From contig CAZDFJ010000010.1 of NCBI GenBank assembly GCA_964504875.1, positions 1,161 through 65,160 of the forward strand: a stretch of DNA of 64,000 bases, in the 5' to 3' direction. Origin of the DNA: an uncultured Burkholderiales bacterium. GTDB taxonomy: Bacteria > Pseudomonadota > Gammaproteobacteria > Burkholderiales > CAZDFJ01. A program made the translations under genes and the position numbers. Position 1 is the first letter of the stretch. The number at the start of each line of letters is the position of its first letter. This document shows, one piece after another, positions 19,001 through 29,012 of the stretch. The notes beneath the pieces were generated by a model. That model searched no databases. It was not told the DNA's origin and was given only the letters and a program-made list of their open reading frames with translations.

Positions 19001-19700
19001 TCAGTGTTTCTGGTAAAAAAGGCGTTTGATTGAACAAACGTTCTATACAAACCAAAAAAACTTTAAAATGATTTTCTTCATAACATGTTTTTTCTAAAAG
19101 AACTTCTTGACCCTGTTGGGTGATGAGGTGTTCTTTTTGAGGCGCAGAAAGTGCGGTTTGATGATGACAATAATTTTGCCACATCTCTGCATTAAATTCC
19201 AGAAAAAACTGATGAATTAAATGTGTTTTTGTGTGAAAATTCTGCTCTGTAGGAAGCGAAAAAAAGTCACACCACGCAGGGTTTGCATTGAGTACGTGCC
19301 CATAAGGATCAACCAATGCTAAGGGTTGCTTACTATTGAAAAATAATTTTTGATTCAGTGTTGTTGGAAAAAAATGGGCGGCAGGCTGAGTGTGAATATC
19401 CACAAGAAGAATATAACCATGTAAAATAGACATCATCCTAAGAGAAAGTCTATTTTGTTCGAGTTGATACTCCGCCGCCATTTCCCCTTGTTGATTACTT
19501 GAAAGTAAAAAAGAATGAATCGTGCCCCAAATAGGATGTGCTAAAGTGGTTAGCTCCGCCGCCATTGCAAAAAGGGAGTGTCCGATTAAATGATTACAAT
19601 TTATTTGGTTGAAAAAGTGCAAACCTTCTTCATTAATAGAAGTAATAATGAAATCTTTAGATAAGACAATGACTAAAGTTTTATTGAGGTGCGTTATCAT
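16080..19700 (-). CDS. multi-PAS / GAF sensor protein with GGDEF domain (variant GGEEM signature)
   Basis: 1206 aa with several PAS repeats, a GAF-like segment and a C-terminal GGDEF domain (LTGLFNRRYL ... CRYGGEEMVLIL; GGEEM = nt 16341-16355). Confidence 0.85.
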   Translation of the reverse strand: MITHLNKTLVIVLSKDFIITSINEEGLHFFNQINCNHLIGHSLFAMAAELTTLAHPIWGTIHSFLLSSNQQGEMAAEYQLEQNRLSLRMMSILHGYILLVDIHTQPAAHFFPTTLNQKLFFNSKQPLALVDPYGHVLNANPAWCDFFSLPTEQNFHTKTHLIHQFFLEFNAEMWQNYCHHQTALSAPQKEHLITQQGQEVLLEKTCYEENHFKVFLVCIERLFNQTPFLPETLSIYDRFFHMPYVMHLLVEPETLLIADVNEASCLFYEKTAADIKGKMLSQFMHFEHFDLTVESQLLEASCLVNHNAFQLAVYWHHFLLLDKNYIFLRFHNISAQKSQLETLQNLTDDVTFLQQKLPIGIWELNLSTNQMQWDKNVYYLYGLNEVEHLVSQPTLDFWLRFIHPRDLQRIEKHLTQAIQEQNQFDEIFQIILHDKSIRVVHVYAQPVQRLGSMRGMILDISREYFAKKALEENETLCYATCNHAPVGILRLQINGKIIQLNQAFLQLVNFPYDALIRKNLDELIHPDDRALNQRQYYGLVHQEITQYQIELRLITHSEQLIWVNLAVSPYYTNERILKFTICMVQDITTQKMAQIALYESQNQLARIMEGSSEGFWDWEINTGVFKFNHYWCEMLGYHYNDIQHQIDVWFDLIHPDDLKKVQNLLSQHLTGKNDLYECELRARSKKGEWVWVMDRGKITSYDAENKPLLMSGTRKNIHQRKQAEWKLEEERQLFIGGPVVVFKWFPHNCWKVEYVSPNVPTQWGYPIDFFFTDTFSFAELIHPEDFQRITDEVDYYSHSTNTDYLEQEYRIRYADGSYHWQYDFTSILRTSENQVYLYYGYLLDIESRKQNEQELFLVNEQLLKTLSDLKKHDYEMTLLYHMNESLQACESLEKAYHVIASFCTQLFPNLNGRVAAYNQNNELEDVAIWGENCCCAAYFDAGCQSLVPKREQVITFDVPVKYSSLLQCDHVKQAERLQSFCMPLLMNGEALGIFHLSTQNQTQCLENTTRQLATAVTEAIKLSLSNIKLRQQLHDQAIRDALTGLFNRRYLDSILPVQLNAALRFQQKLALVLLDADFFKRFNDNYGHEAGDLVLQKIAEILITETKTHDIACRYGGEEMVLILTETTLEKAYEHVAMICQEIKEVSLFFHQEYLPKITVSAGIALFPDHANTADSLLRASDLALYDAKNSGRDCIKIFQLDKDYS

Positions 19701-19874
19701 TTTTGGATAGTAATCAACAACTGTTGAATGATTGAGTAATATATATTTACTTGAATTATTTTCCAGATTTTAAATCATTTATACAAATTTTTAAATAATA
19801 TTAATGAATATTTTTCAAAAAATTTTTGAAAAAAATCAAATAAATAAAAATAATAAGAATTATTATCAAATCAA

Positions 19875-20645
19875 TTAACAGAAAAATTGATTATGTAAAG
19901 ATAATTTATCTTTTTCAAGAATTAAACAACCTTGCTGTTTCGGACGCCAATCTGGGAGTGTCCACACTGTGGCGGCTTGCTTTTTGCCAGCTTGAGTTGT
20001 CATTTCGTAACTTTTTTGGGAACCTTGATGCGTATGTCCATGAACTAAAACAGGACAATCTTTTTGTTGGAGAAGAGATAAAATAGCTTCAGAAGGAATC
20101 TGAAAAAGATAGTCATCTTTACCGAGCTGCTCAGTTTTACTTCGTGCGCGTAAACCTTGGGCCATATGCATGCGGATAGGCAAAGCTTGGGCCAGAAATT
20201 CATACTGCCACGCCAGGGTATGCACCATTTCCCGAAATGTTTGATAAGCGGTATCATTCAGACATAATTCATCACCGTGCGTCAAAATGATACGAATCCA
20301 TTGATTTTGAAAGCAATATTGTGTCGGTAAAAGTTGAGCGCCACTTTGTCCGAAAAAATCTTGTCCTAATAAAAAATCACGATTCCCATGTAAGATATAA
20401 ATTTTTTTGCCAGATGTTTGGGTGAGGTATTGAAATTTTTGGCAAACTTGATGAGCTGAAGTGTCGGTTTCTATTTGATCATCGCCAACCCAATATTCAA
20501 ATAAATCGCCTAAAATAAACAGCTCTTCAAAATGGGAATGCTGAAAATGATCTAAAAAAGTCAAAAACTGCGCTGTGAGCGCAGGCATTTCATCAGAAAG
20601 ATGTAGGTCAGCAATAAATATAGAATAATCTGAATGTGTTGTCAT
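19875..20645 (-). CDS. lpxH: UDP-2,3-diacylglucosamine diphosphatase
   Basis: Metallophosphoesterase motifs in LpxH order: ADLHL, GDLFEYWVGDD, GNRDFLLG, THGDEL, GHTH. It lies downstream of ppiB, as in E. coli. Confidence 0.85.
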   Translation of the reverse strand: MTTHSDYSIFIADLHLSDEMPALTAQFLTFLDHFQHSHFEELFILGDLFEYWVGDDQIETDTSAHQVCQKFQYLTQTSGKKIYILHGNRDFLLGQDFFGQSGAQLLPTQYCFQNQWIRIILTHGDELCLNDTAYQTFREMVHTLAWQYEFLAQALPIRMHMAQGLRARSKTEQLGKDDYLFQIPSEAILSLLQQKDCPVLVHGHTHQGSQKSYEMTTQAGKKQAATVWTLPDWRPKQQGCLILEKDKLSLHNQFFC

Positions 20646-20660
20646 AAATTAAGAAGAGAG

Positions 20661-20692
20661 AAAAAGGCAAAATAGCAACATGCTACTTTGCC
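20661..20692 (-). terminator. hairpin plus U-run between ppiB and lpxH
   Basis: 11-bp stem with one A/C mismatch (20666-20676 / 20682-20692) and a 5-nt loop. On the minus strand TTTTTCTCTCTTCTT follows. Confidence 0.55.
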
Positions 20693-20711
20693 ATAAAAAC
20701 TATAAAATTAA

Positions 20712-21215
20712 TTATTCAACCACATAAGCTTTTTCAATCACGATGTCATCGATAGGTACATCTTGATGTCCTTCGGAAGTCGTTGTTTTAACTTTTTTAA
20801 TTTTGTCAACAATTTCCATGCCTTCAACGACTTTACCAAAAACTGCATAGCCATAACCGCGGGCCGTAGGGGCAGTAAAGTCTAAAAATGGATTGTTTGT
20901 GACGTTAATGAAAAATTGGCAAGTCGCAGAGTCTGGATTGGGTGTTCTTGCCATTGCGATGGTGTATTGTTCGTTTTTTAAGCCATTTTGAGCTTCATTT
21001 TTGATGGGCGCTAATGTTGGTTCTTTCTGTTTCATGCCACGTTCAAAGCCCCCGCCTTGAATCATGAAATTGTCAATAACGCGATGAAAGATCGTGCCAT
21101 TATAATAATTGGTTTTGACGTAATGCAAAAAGTTTTCAACAGTCACAGGGGCTTTTTCCGCATCCAGCTCTAATGCAATCAAGCCAAACGTTGTTTCTAA
21201 ATTAACAGTAGTCAT
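20712..21215 (-). CDS. ppiB: peptidyl-prolyl cis-trans isomerase, cyclophilin type (cytoplasmic)
   Basis: Cyclophilin motifs [14 protein letters not shown] and [19 protein letters not shown], with no signal peptide. ATG at 21215 (MTTVNLE); the track start at 21248 is TTG. Confidence 0.9.
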   Translation of the reverse strand: MTTVNLETTFGLIALELDAEKAPVTVENFLHYVKTNYYNGTIFHRVIDNFMIQGGGFERGMKQKEPTLAPIKNEAQNGLKNEQYTIAMARTPNPDSATCQFFINVTNNPFLDFTAPTARGYGYAVFGKVVEGMEIVDKIKKVKTTTSEGHQDVPIDDIVIEKAYVVE

Positions 21216-21447
21216 TTTTTTTCCTAAAAATAAAAAAAATAGCAGCAAACAAAGGTCATGCCATGATGTGCCGAAATCATAAATCGATGAAACAAAGATG
21301 TTTCAAACCGTTTTGTATTGTAAACGTTCACCCAAAAAATAAAAGAAAAATTTCAGATTTTTAAAAAATTTTTTACTCAAGTCTCCATTATTTTTTCCGA
21401 AAATATAATCAGTACAGTGATAACTTCTTTATTTTAAAGGTATTGTT

Positions 21448-22518
21448 ATGAAAATCGGATCCAGCCAAATTTATTTGCAAGCCGCCCATCAAGAAACCAG
21501 TCTTTTTCAATCAGAAGAAAAAATGCGCTATTGGAAAGACACAAAGGGAGAAGACACTTTAATCTCCCCACTTCGTCCAGAAAAAGGGCTCCAAACGCAA
21601 CTGACTAAACAAAAACGGGATGAAAAAATGGAAGACACAAAAAAATCATCCGCGCTTGAAAATGTCCAACCTAATGACGAAGAGGATCTCTCAGATCCAC
21701 ATTTGAGTTTAGTGAAACAATTGCTTGAATCTCTATTAGGAAAAAAGATTAATCTTCAGCAAATTCAATTAGCCCAAAAAAATCAATCCACCACGACGGA
21801 CACACTGCAATCAACGCCTGAATCAGCCTCACAACAACCGCAACGTGTCGGCTGGGGGGTGAGTTACGATTACGCAGCAAGTTATCATGAAACAGAACAA
21901 ACTCAATTTCACCTCTCTGGAACGATCCAAACCCAAGACCAGCAAAGTATTCAATTTGATTTGCAATTAAATATGCAACGCGAATATAGCACCCAAATTG
22001 AAGAACATTTACGTTTTGGAGATGCAAAGTTGACAGATCCCTTAGTGTTAAATTTCAATGGGACGGCGGCAGAATTAGATCCAACGCAACGTTTTTCGTT
22101 TGATTTGAACCATGATGGCCAAAATGAATCCCTTGCCCAATTGGCGTCCGGAAATGGATTTTTGGTTTTAGACCGGAACAAAAATGGTAAAATAGACGAT
22201 GGGACAGAACTTTTTGGTCCACAAACCGGAATAGGCATTCAAGAATTAGCCGCCTATGATGTTGATCACAACAATTGGATTGATGAAAATGATCCGATTT
22301 ATGAATGGTTGCAAGTATGGGCCCCACAAGAAGCCGCCGACTCGTTGAAATCATTAAAAGAAGTAAATATCGGGGCCTTATATTTGGATCAAATTGGAAC
22401 GCCATTTAGTTTGAAAGATACGAAAAATCAAACATTGGGACAAATAAAAAGTAGTGGACTTTTCGTGAGTGAAACAGGACAAGCTGGCATTATGCAACAA
22501 GTGGATCTGGCCACTTAA
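21448..22518 (+). CDS. conserved-looking hypothetical protein with EF-hand-like Ca-binding loops
   Basis: 356 aa with AAAGG SD 7 nt upstream. The N-terminal half is acidic and Q/T-rich with no signal peptide. The C-terminal half has DLNHDGQNESLA, DRNKNGKIDDGTELFG and DVDHNNWIDEND loops (nt 22102-22293). Confidence 0.6.
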   Translation: MKIGSSQIYLQAAHQETSLFQSEEKMRYWKDTKGEDTLISPLRPEKGLQTQLTKQKRDEKMEDTKKSSALENVQPNDEEDLSDPHLSLVKQLLESLLGKKINLQQIQLAQKNQSTTTDTLQSTPESASQQPQRVGWGVSYDYAASYHETEQTQFHLSGTIQTQDQQSIQFDLQLNMQREYSTQIEEHLRFGDAKLTDPLVLNFNGTAAELDPTQRFSFDLNHDGQNESLAQLASGNGFLVLDRNKNGKIDDGTELFGPQTGIGIQELAAYDVDHNNWIDENDPIYEWLQVWAPQEAADSLKSLKEVNIGALYLDQIGTPFSLKDTKNQTLGQIKSSGLFVSETGQAGIMQQVDLAT

Positions 22519-22543
22519 TTGTCTTTAATTGATTACATAAAAT

Positions 22544-24769
22544 ATGAACCAAAAAGTAACCCTCACAATCACAGGGATGACATGTGCGGCGTGTTCTGCG
22601 CGCCTTGAGAAGGTTTTAAATAAACAACCTCATGTCACGGCAATCGTCAATCTTGCGACAGAACAAGCTCATATTGAATATGCGCCTGAATTTTATACAG
22701 AACGGTCTGTTTTGTTAGCCGCAATCCTAAAACGTGTTGAACAAGCTGGTTTCCACGCAACGGAGTTCACACAGGATAATCTTTTTGAAATAGATGAAAA
22801 AGCAGCGGCCCATGCGCAGCAACAAATGCGCCGCGATCAAATTGAAATTGGCTTGAGCTTATTATTTTGTCTGCCGTTTTGGATTCAAATGCTGACAATG
22901 TTTTTAACGCAAAGCATGTTTTTATCACCTTGGTTAGAAGCCTTGTGCGCCGCGCCGGTTCAGTTTTATTTTGGCCGAAAATTTCATAGTGGTGCCTACC
23001 GAACGCTTAAGGGAGGGGGCGCCAACATGGATGTTTTGGTCTCACTGGGTACAAATATTTCTTATTTTTATAGTTTATATTTTGTGTGGCTGAATCCAGT
23101 CGGGCACCACGCGCTTTATTTTGAAGCCAGTGTCACAGTGATTAGTCTTGTACTGTTTGGAAAATATTTAGAAAATCGGGCAAAACAACAAACCCATGCG
23201 GCCTTATCTGAATTAATTGCATTGCAACCGAAAACTGCGCATGTTTTCAGACATCAAGAATGGAATGATATTCCAGTGAATTTCATTCGTCAGGATGATA
23301 TTTTTTTGGTTCGGCAAGGGGAAGCGATTCCTGTGGATGGTGAAATTTTAGAAGGAACTGTTCAATGCAATGAACAATTTCTCACAGGAGAACCTTTGCC
23401 TGTTCTTAAATCTGTGGGCGAGACTCTATTAAGTGGTAGTGTTCTTGTGGAAGGAACGGTCCAAGCGCGGGCGACTCAGGTAGGACAGCAAACTGTTTTA
23501 GCACAAATGATTCATCTTGTTCGTCAGGCGCAAGGAAGTAAAGCGCCTATCCAGCGTTTGGCGGATAGAGTTTCTGGCATTTTTGTGCCGATTGTTGTTT
23601 TAATCAGCCTCGCAACCTTTTTGGGATGGTGGGGCCTTGCTCAAAATATGAATCAAGGGATCCAAAATGCGTTAGCCGTGTTGGTTATTGCGTGTCCTTG
23701 TGCGCTTGGACTGGCCACCCCAACCGCCATGATGGTTGCAACTGGTTTAGGTGCAAAGCAAGGCTTAATTGCGCATAATGTCGCCGCATTGGAACAAGCT
23801 TCTCAGTTAGACATGCTTTTTTTAGACAAAACAGGCACACTGACGCAGGGGACGCCTGAAGTCAAACATTGTTTTATAATCGATCACACCTTGTCAGAGG
23901 AAACAATCCTCAATCTTTGTGCACAATTAGAGCACTATAGTGTTCATCCTTTAGCCAAAGCGGTTGTCCATTATGTCGAAAAAAAATATCCAAACTGGCG
24001 CGCGTCTCCCGAAAGCGTTTCTCATTTTAAAAATCAAATAGGTCAAGGTGTCACGGGCTGTCTTGATCAGCAAACATTTTGTTTAGGCGCACCGCATTGG
24101 ATTCGAACATTTTTATCCATACCATTAGAAATAGAAAAATCGATTCAACTATATGAACAGCAAGGAGAAACGGTTTTATTGGCCCTCAATTTGACAACTA
24201 AAAAGCTGTTGTTGGGTCTCAGTTTGGCCGATACAATTCGTTCTAATAGTCAGAAAGCCATTCATGCTCTGACTGCTTTAGGGATTCGACCTATCATGCT
24301 GACAGGTGATCAAGCGAAGGCCGCTGATGCGATCGCACAACAAATAGGTCTTCCGGACGTTATTGCCCAAGTGTCGCCACAAGAAAAATATACTCATATT
24401 CAAGCAGCACAAAAAGCAGGGCATTTAGTTGGAATGGTAGGAGATGGACTCAATGATGCGGCCGCGCTCGCCCAAGCGCATGTGAGTTTTGCAATGGGAG
24501 GCGGCACAGATCTCGCCAGTCAAAATGCAGATATTACGCTGATGAGAAATGATTTGATGCAAGTTGTCGCTACCATTTGGCTCTCCCGAAAAACATTACA
24601 AATTATTCGTCAAAATTTATTTTTTGCTTTTGTGTATAATACCCTTGGAATTTTATTGGCCATTTTTGGCATTTTTAATCCAACCATTGCGGGGGCGGCG
24701 ATGGCAATGAGTTCTCTCTCTGTCGTAAGCAATTCATTGCGTTTACGTCACCAACATTTTGATTTTTAA
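22544..24769 (+). CDS. copA: copper-translocating P1B-type ATPase
   Basis: One N-terminal HMA domain (GMTCAACSARLE), TM6 CPC (IACPCALGLATP), DKTGTLT, GDGLNDAAAL, and Cu(I) signatures YN (FVYNTLG) and MSS (AMAMSSLSV). Confidence 0.9.
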   Translation: MNQKVTLTITGMTCAACSARLEKVLNKQPHVTAIVNLATEQAHIEYAPEFYTERSVLLAAILKRVEQAGFHATEFTQDNLFEIDEKAAAHAQQQMRRDQIEIGLSLLFCLPFWIQMLTMFLTQSMFLSPWLEALCAAPVQFYFGRKFHSGAYRTLKGGGANMDVLVSLGTNISYFYSLYFVWLNPVGHHALYFEASVTVISLVLFGKYLENRAKQQTHAALSELIALQPKTAHVFRHQEWNDIPVNFIRQDDIFLVRQGEAIPVDGEILEGTVQCNEQFLTGEPLPVLKSVGETLLSGSVLVEGTVQARATQVGQQTVLAQMIHLVRQAQGSKAPIQRLADRVSGIFVPIVVLISLATFLGWWGLAQNMNQGIQNALAVLVIACPCALGLATPTAMMVATGLGAKQGLIAHNVAALEQASQLDMLFLDKTGTLTQGTPEVKHCFIIDHTLSEETILNLCAQLEHYSVHPLAKAVVHYVEKKYPNWRASPESVSHFKNQIGQGVTGCLDQQTFCLGAPHWIRTFLSIPLEIEKSIQLYEQQGETVLLALNLTTKKLLLGLSLADTIRSNSQKAIHALTALGIRPIMLTGDQAKAADAIAQQIGLPDVIAQVSPQEKYTHIQAAQKAGHLVGMVGDGLNDAAALAQAHVSFAMGGGTDLASQNADITLMRNDLMQVVATIWLSRKTLQIIRQNLFFAFVYNTLGILLAIFGIFNPTIAGAAMAMSSLSVVSNSLRLRHQHFDF

Positions 24770-24784
24770 AAGATTAATATTGGT

Positions 24785-26107
24785 ATGTTTAATTTAGTTG
24801 ATGATCATTTTGATCCTTTAGTCATGTGTCACACTGTTTCAGATTGGCTGGCTTATTTAGAACATTGTCATCCGACCACGATTGAATTGGGTTTGGACCG
24901 TGTGCTCAGCGTAAAAAAAGCATTAAATCTTTCTCCGGAATTTAAAATAATTACCGTCGCAGGAACAAACGGAAAAGGTTCAACGTGCGCATTATTAGAT
25001 GCTATTCTGCAAGCCGCGAATTATCGTGTCGGGTTTTATAACTCGCCTCACTTACTTGTTTACAATGAGCGGGTACGTATTCAAGGCGAAACGATTTCTG
25101 ACGCAGATTTAATACACAGCTTTATTGCCGTTGAAAATGCGCGCCGCCGGGCCGCCGTCAGTTTAACTTACTTCGAATTTGGCACTTTGGCGGCACTTTG
25201 GTATTTTGCAGCGCGTCAAGTCGAAGTCGCGATTTTAGAAATTGGCTTAGGAGGCCGTCTTGACGCGGTGAATGCTTTTGATCCTGATTTAGCGATTGTC
25301 ACGCAGATCGATTTAGATCATCAAGATTACTTAGGTTCAGATCGTGAGCAAATTGGTTTTGAAAAAGCAGGCATTTTTCGATCAGGAAAACCCGCCTTAT
25401 GTGCTGATGCCAATCCGCCTCACAGTGTGCGTTGTCATGCTGAAACTATTGGCGCCCAACTTGAATGTTTCGGGCACGATTTTGGTTATATAAAACAACC
25501 TTTACAATGGCAAGCCTGGCACGGCCATAAAAAACGCTATTCCCTTCCTTTTCCCGCCTTGCGCGGAGATTATCAATTAGTCAACGCGTGCTCTGTTATG
25601 GCCGCGTTGGATTTTCTTTCTGAGTGGGGTTTTCCAACTTCCCCCGAAAATGTTCGGCGGGGTTTATTAGAAGTCAGTTTACCCGGACGTTGTCAAGTTT
25701 TACCCGGTCGACCTATTCGCGTCTTGGATGTAGGACACAATCCGCACGCCATTCGCAGCTTGTCCAAAACATTGGGACAAATGGGATTTGCTGAGCGAAC
25801 CGTCGCTGTTTTTTCAATTCTAAAAGACAAAGATATTGAAGAAGTGATTCGCGCTATTCAAATGCGCATCGATATGTGGTATATTGCACCGCTTGACACG
25901 CCTCGTTGTTGCGAAGTTGATCTTTTGAAGCATCTCCTTTGCAAAAATGGTGTTCCTGCTGAAAATATTCAAATTTTTGAAAATATGACGCTTGCGTGGC
26001 AAAATGCCTGCAAAGATATAACTGAAAATGATAGAATAGTGGCATTTGGTTCATTTTATACCGTTGCAGAGGTGCTGACAGATCTACGTAAGCACGCCAC
26101 AGAATAA
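24785..26107 (+). CDS. folC: bifunctional folylpolyglutamate synthase / dihydrofolate synthase
   Basis: Mur-ligase P-loop VAGTNGKGSTC. Its length and its position upstream of dedD-cvpA-purF match the conserved operon. Confidence 0.9.
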   Translation: MFNLVDDHFDPLVMCHTVSDWLAYLEHCHPTTIELGLDRVLSVKKALNLSPEFKIITVAGTNGKGSTCALLDAILQAANYRVGFYNSPHLLVYNERVRIQGETISDADLIHSFIAVENARRRAAVSLTYFEFGTLAALWYFAARQVEVAILEIGLGGRLDAVNAFDPDLAIVTQIDLDHQDYLGSDREQIGFEKAGIFRSGKPALCADANPPHSVRCHAETIGAQLECFGHDFGYIKQPLQWQAWHGHKKRYSLPFPALRGDYQLVNACSVMAALDFLSEWGFPTSPENVRRGLLEVSLPGRCQVLPGRPIRVLDVGHNPHAIRSLSKTLGQMGFAERTVAVFSILKDKDIEEVIRAIQMRIDMWYIAPLDTPRCCEVDLLKHLLCKNGVPAENIQIFENMTLAWQNACKDITENDRIVAFGSFYTVAEVLTDLRKHATE

Positions 26108-26139
26108 AAATTTTATTACCAATTTGAATTGAACACGTT

Positions 26140-26931
26140 ATGGCGCGTACTGAATCTAACGAATCGATTTTAATGCGAAAGAAAGCCCGACAACGTCTGA
26201 TTGGCGCGATCGTTTTAGTCATGTTGGCGGTGGCTTTACTGCCTATGGTTTTAGATCGTCAACCACAACCGTTGTCTTCTAAAGTTGTCATTAGTATGCC
26301 GCAATCGACACCATCTGATCCTACTTCCGCTCCAGCAAGTGCAACAAATAGTGAGTCTCGTCCGATTGATTTAGGGTATGAAATTCAAGCGAAATCCGAT
26401 ACGAATGCCCCTGCGTCACAAACCGCTGTAGCGGCCCCCTCAGATCAACAAAATAATCAATCCTCCTCTGCTACACAAAGTCCTGTGTTGAGTTCATTGA
26501 GCGAACCGCCGGTGAAATCTACGCCTGCTGCTATTACCAAGCCGAAGGAAGCTGAGCAAACTGTTTCGGAACCAGCGGCGCCTGTAGTAGAAAAGCCTGA
26601 AAAAGTGGAAAAACCCACCAAGCCAACACCCAAAGCGGTTGCGCCCGCACATGTTCCAGAAAAACAAAATGAACCCGTTCTTCCAACGCGTGATACTTCT
26701 TCCAAATTTATTATTCAACTTGGGACATTTTCTAATCCAGATAATGCTTCTAAACTTGTCGAAAAAGTCAATGCAATCGGTCTCAATGCGTATACGGAAA
26801 CGTTGCAAAATCATGGTACAACTACAATTCGTGTCCGGGTAGGACCTTTCTCAAATAAAGAAGCAGCCAGTTCCGCAAAATCTCAATTAGAGGCAAACAC
26901 TATTCATGAAGGAAGAATTTTACAGCGATGA
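26140..26931 (+). CDS. dedD: SPOR-domain cell division protein (DedD-like)
   Basis: N-terminal TM (LIGAIVLVMLAVALLPMVL), a low-complexity P/A/S/K linker and a C-terminal SPOR domain (FIIQLGTFSNPDNASKLVEKV...RVRVGPFSNKEAA). Confidence 0.75.
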   Translation: MARTESNESILMRKKARQRLIGAIVLVMLAVALLPMVLDRQPQPLSSKVVISMPQSTPSDPTSAPASATNSESRPIDLGYEIQAKSDTNAPASQTAVAAPSDQQNNQSSSATQSPVLSSLSEPPVKSTPAAITKPKEAEQTVSEPAAPVVEKPEKVEKPTKPTPKAVAPAHVPEKQNEPVLPTRDTSSKFIIQLGTFSNPDNASKLVEKVNAIGLNAYTETLQNHGTTTIRVRVGPFSNKEAASSAKSQLEANTIHEGRILQR

Positions 26932-27419
26932 CACTTTTTGATGTATTCACACTTGCAGTAGTTGGTTTATCTATCATGTTGGGCATGATGCGCGGATTCG
27001 TGCGGGAAGTCTTTGCATTATTAGGCTGGATTGTTGCCTTTATGGTTGCCAATCAACTCGCTTCGCCATTATCACAATTTTTGCCAGCAAGTATTTCTGC
27101 GCCAACAATTCGCTTGTTAGGTGGGTTTATTGCCGCATTTGGATTGTCATTGCTCATCATGAGTTTAATTACAAAAGTTTTGTCTGAATTAATTAAATTA
27201 ATTGGTTTAGGTGGATTTGATAAAATTTTAGGTGGCGTTTTTGGCTGCTTACGTGGTGTTGTGATTATGGTTATTCTTGTTATTATCAGTGGCCTGACTA
27301 GTCTACCAAAGCAAGAAGGATGGCGCAACGCTATGTTTAGCTCACCGTTGGAAGCGCTTGCAATTAAAGTTCTTCCTTCTTTACCTGATACATTACGCAA
27401 CCACGTCCAGTTTGATTAA
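26928..27419 (+). CDS. cvpA: colicin V production protein family membrane protein
   Basis: 163 aa, 4 TM, with a CvpA-like N-terminus (GMMRGFVREVFALLGWIVAF). The ATGA start/stop overlap with dedD suggests translational coupling. Confidence 0.85.
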   Translation: MTLFDVFTLAVVGLSIMLGMMRGFVREVFALLGWIVAFMVANQLASPLSQFLPASISAPTIRLLGGFIAAFGLSLLIMSLITKVLSELIKLIGLGGFDKILGGVFGCLRGVVIMVILVIISGLTSLPKQEGWRNAMFSSPLEALAIKVLPSLPDTLRNHVQFD

Positions 27420-27476
27420 AACAGGAAAAGTGGCTTATTTTATTTTTTTTATTACTCATTTAGTGATCATCATATT

Positions 27477-28997
27477 ATGTGTGGTATTCTTGGGGTCGTC
27501 GCAAAAGGACCAGTTAATCAGTTACTTTATGATGGGTTATTAATTCTGCAACATCGCGGACAAGATGCGGCAGGAATTTTAACTATGGATAATAACCGCT
27601 TCCATATGCATAAAGGCAAAGGATTAGTCAGTGATGTGTTTCGCACGCGCAATATGCGTTCGCTTGCTGGAAATATTGGCATTGCGCATGTGCGTTATCC
27701 AACAGCAGGCTATGCTTCTTCTGCTGCTGAATCACAACCGTTTTATGTGAATTCTCCCTTTGGGATTTCGTTGGCACACAATGGCAATTTAACGAACGCA
27801 GAAAAATTACGCCGGCATGTTTTTAAAACGGATTTAAGACATATTAATACACATTCTGATTCAGAAGTGTTATTAAATGTTTTTGCGCATGAACTGTCCC
27901 GTTATTGTCAAAATACTGTATTGACAGCAGAAATGTTATTTAAAGCAGTGCGTGGTGTGCATTCCCGTTGTGAGGGCGCTTATGCAGTCGTTGCCGTGAT
28001 TGCGGGGTATGGTTTATTAGCCTTCCGTGATCCGCATGGTATTCGGCCCTTGATTTATGGGGAACATGAAACAGAAAATGGGCCTGAATATTTGGTGACT
28101 TCTGAAAGTGTCGCATTGGATAGTCTAAATTTCAAAGTGATTCGGGATGTAGCACCAGGAGAAGCGATTTTTATTGACATGGACGGCCGTTTTTATAGTG
28201 CGCAATGTGCCGATGCTCCTGCTTTAAATCCTTGTATTTTTGAATATGTCTATCTTGCTCGTCCTGATTCTGTGATTGATGGCATTTCTGTTTATGAAAC
28301 GCGTCTCAAAATGGGCGAGTATTTGGCGGAAAAAATTAAACAAAAATACAGTCACTTAAATATTGATGTGGTGATTCCTATTCCGGATACAAGTCGGCCG
28401 AGTGCGTTGCAATTGGCCAATCGCCTTAATGTACCGTATCGAGAGGGTTTTATTAAAAATCGTTATATTGGCCGAACATTTATTATGCCAGGACAAGCGC
28501 AGCGGAAAAAATCGGTGCGCCAAAAACTCAATGCGATTGCGATTGAATTTAGCGGAAAAAATGTTTTATTAGTAGATGATTCTATTGTTCGGGGAACAAC
28601 GAGTAAGCAAATTGTACAAATGGCGCGCGAATCCGGCGCCCAGAATGTTTATTTTGCCAGTGCTGCGCCGCCCGTTCGCTTTCCAAATGTCTATGGGATT
28701 GATATGCCAACCCGGGATGAACTGTTGGCAACAGGCCGAGATGAAGTCGCAATTGCCCAAGAAATTGGGGCCGATGCTGTGATTTATCAAGAGGTTGACG
28801 ATCTAGTCAAGGCCTGCCATGAATTAAATCAACAAATTCAAGATTTTGATTTGTCATGCTTTAATGGCCAATATATTACAGGTAACGTGACGCCAGAATA
28901 TTTAGAATTATTAGAATGTTCTCGTGAAGAAACGCAACGCGAACAAGAACAATTAGCCAGTGCGGGACAATTGGATCTCAATTCTGGAATGATTTAA
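27477..28997 (+). CDS. purF: amidophosphoribosyltransferase
   Basis: Ntn catalytic Cys right after Met (MCGILGV) and PRPP loop [14 protein letters not shown]. Confidence 0.95.
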   Translation: MCGILGVVAKGPVNQLLYDGLLILQHRGQDAAGILTMDNNRFHMHKGKGLVSDVFRTRNMRSLAGNIGIAHVRYPTAGYASSAAESQPFYVNSPFGISLAHNGNLTNAEKLRRHVFKTDLRHINTHSDSEVLLNVFAHELSRYCQNTVLTAEMLFKAVRGVHSRCEGAYAVVAVIAGYGLLAFRDPHGIRPLIYGEHETENGPEYLVTSESVALDSLNFKVIRDVAPGEAIFIDMDGRFYSAQCADAPALNPCIFEYVYLARPDSVIDGISVYETRLKMGEYLAEKIKQKYSHLNIDVVIPIPDTSRPSALQLANRLNVPYREGFIKNRYIGRTFIMPGQAQRKKSVRQKLNAIAIEFSGKNVLLVDDSIVRGTTSKQIVQMARESGAQNVYFASAAPPVRFPNVYGIDMPTRDELLATGRDEVAIAQEIGADAVIYQEVDDLVKACHELNQQIQDFDLSCFNGQYITGNVTPEYLELLECSREETQREQEQLASAGQLDLNSGMI

Positions 28998-29012
28998 TTT
29001 AATCCAGATAAA

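Noticed and set aside
19811-19833. Inverted repeat TTTTTCAAAAA-a-TTTTTGAAAAA between lpxH and the PAS-GAF-GGDEF gene.
   Set aside because: It is pure A/T low-complexity sequence apart from one C/G pair. Such symmetry arises easily in A- and T-tracts. It is too weak to call a terminator or operator.
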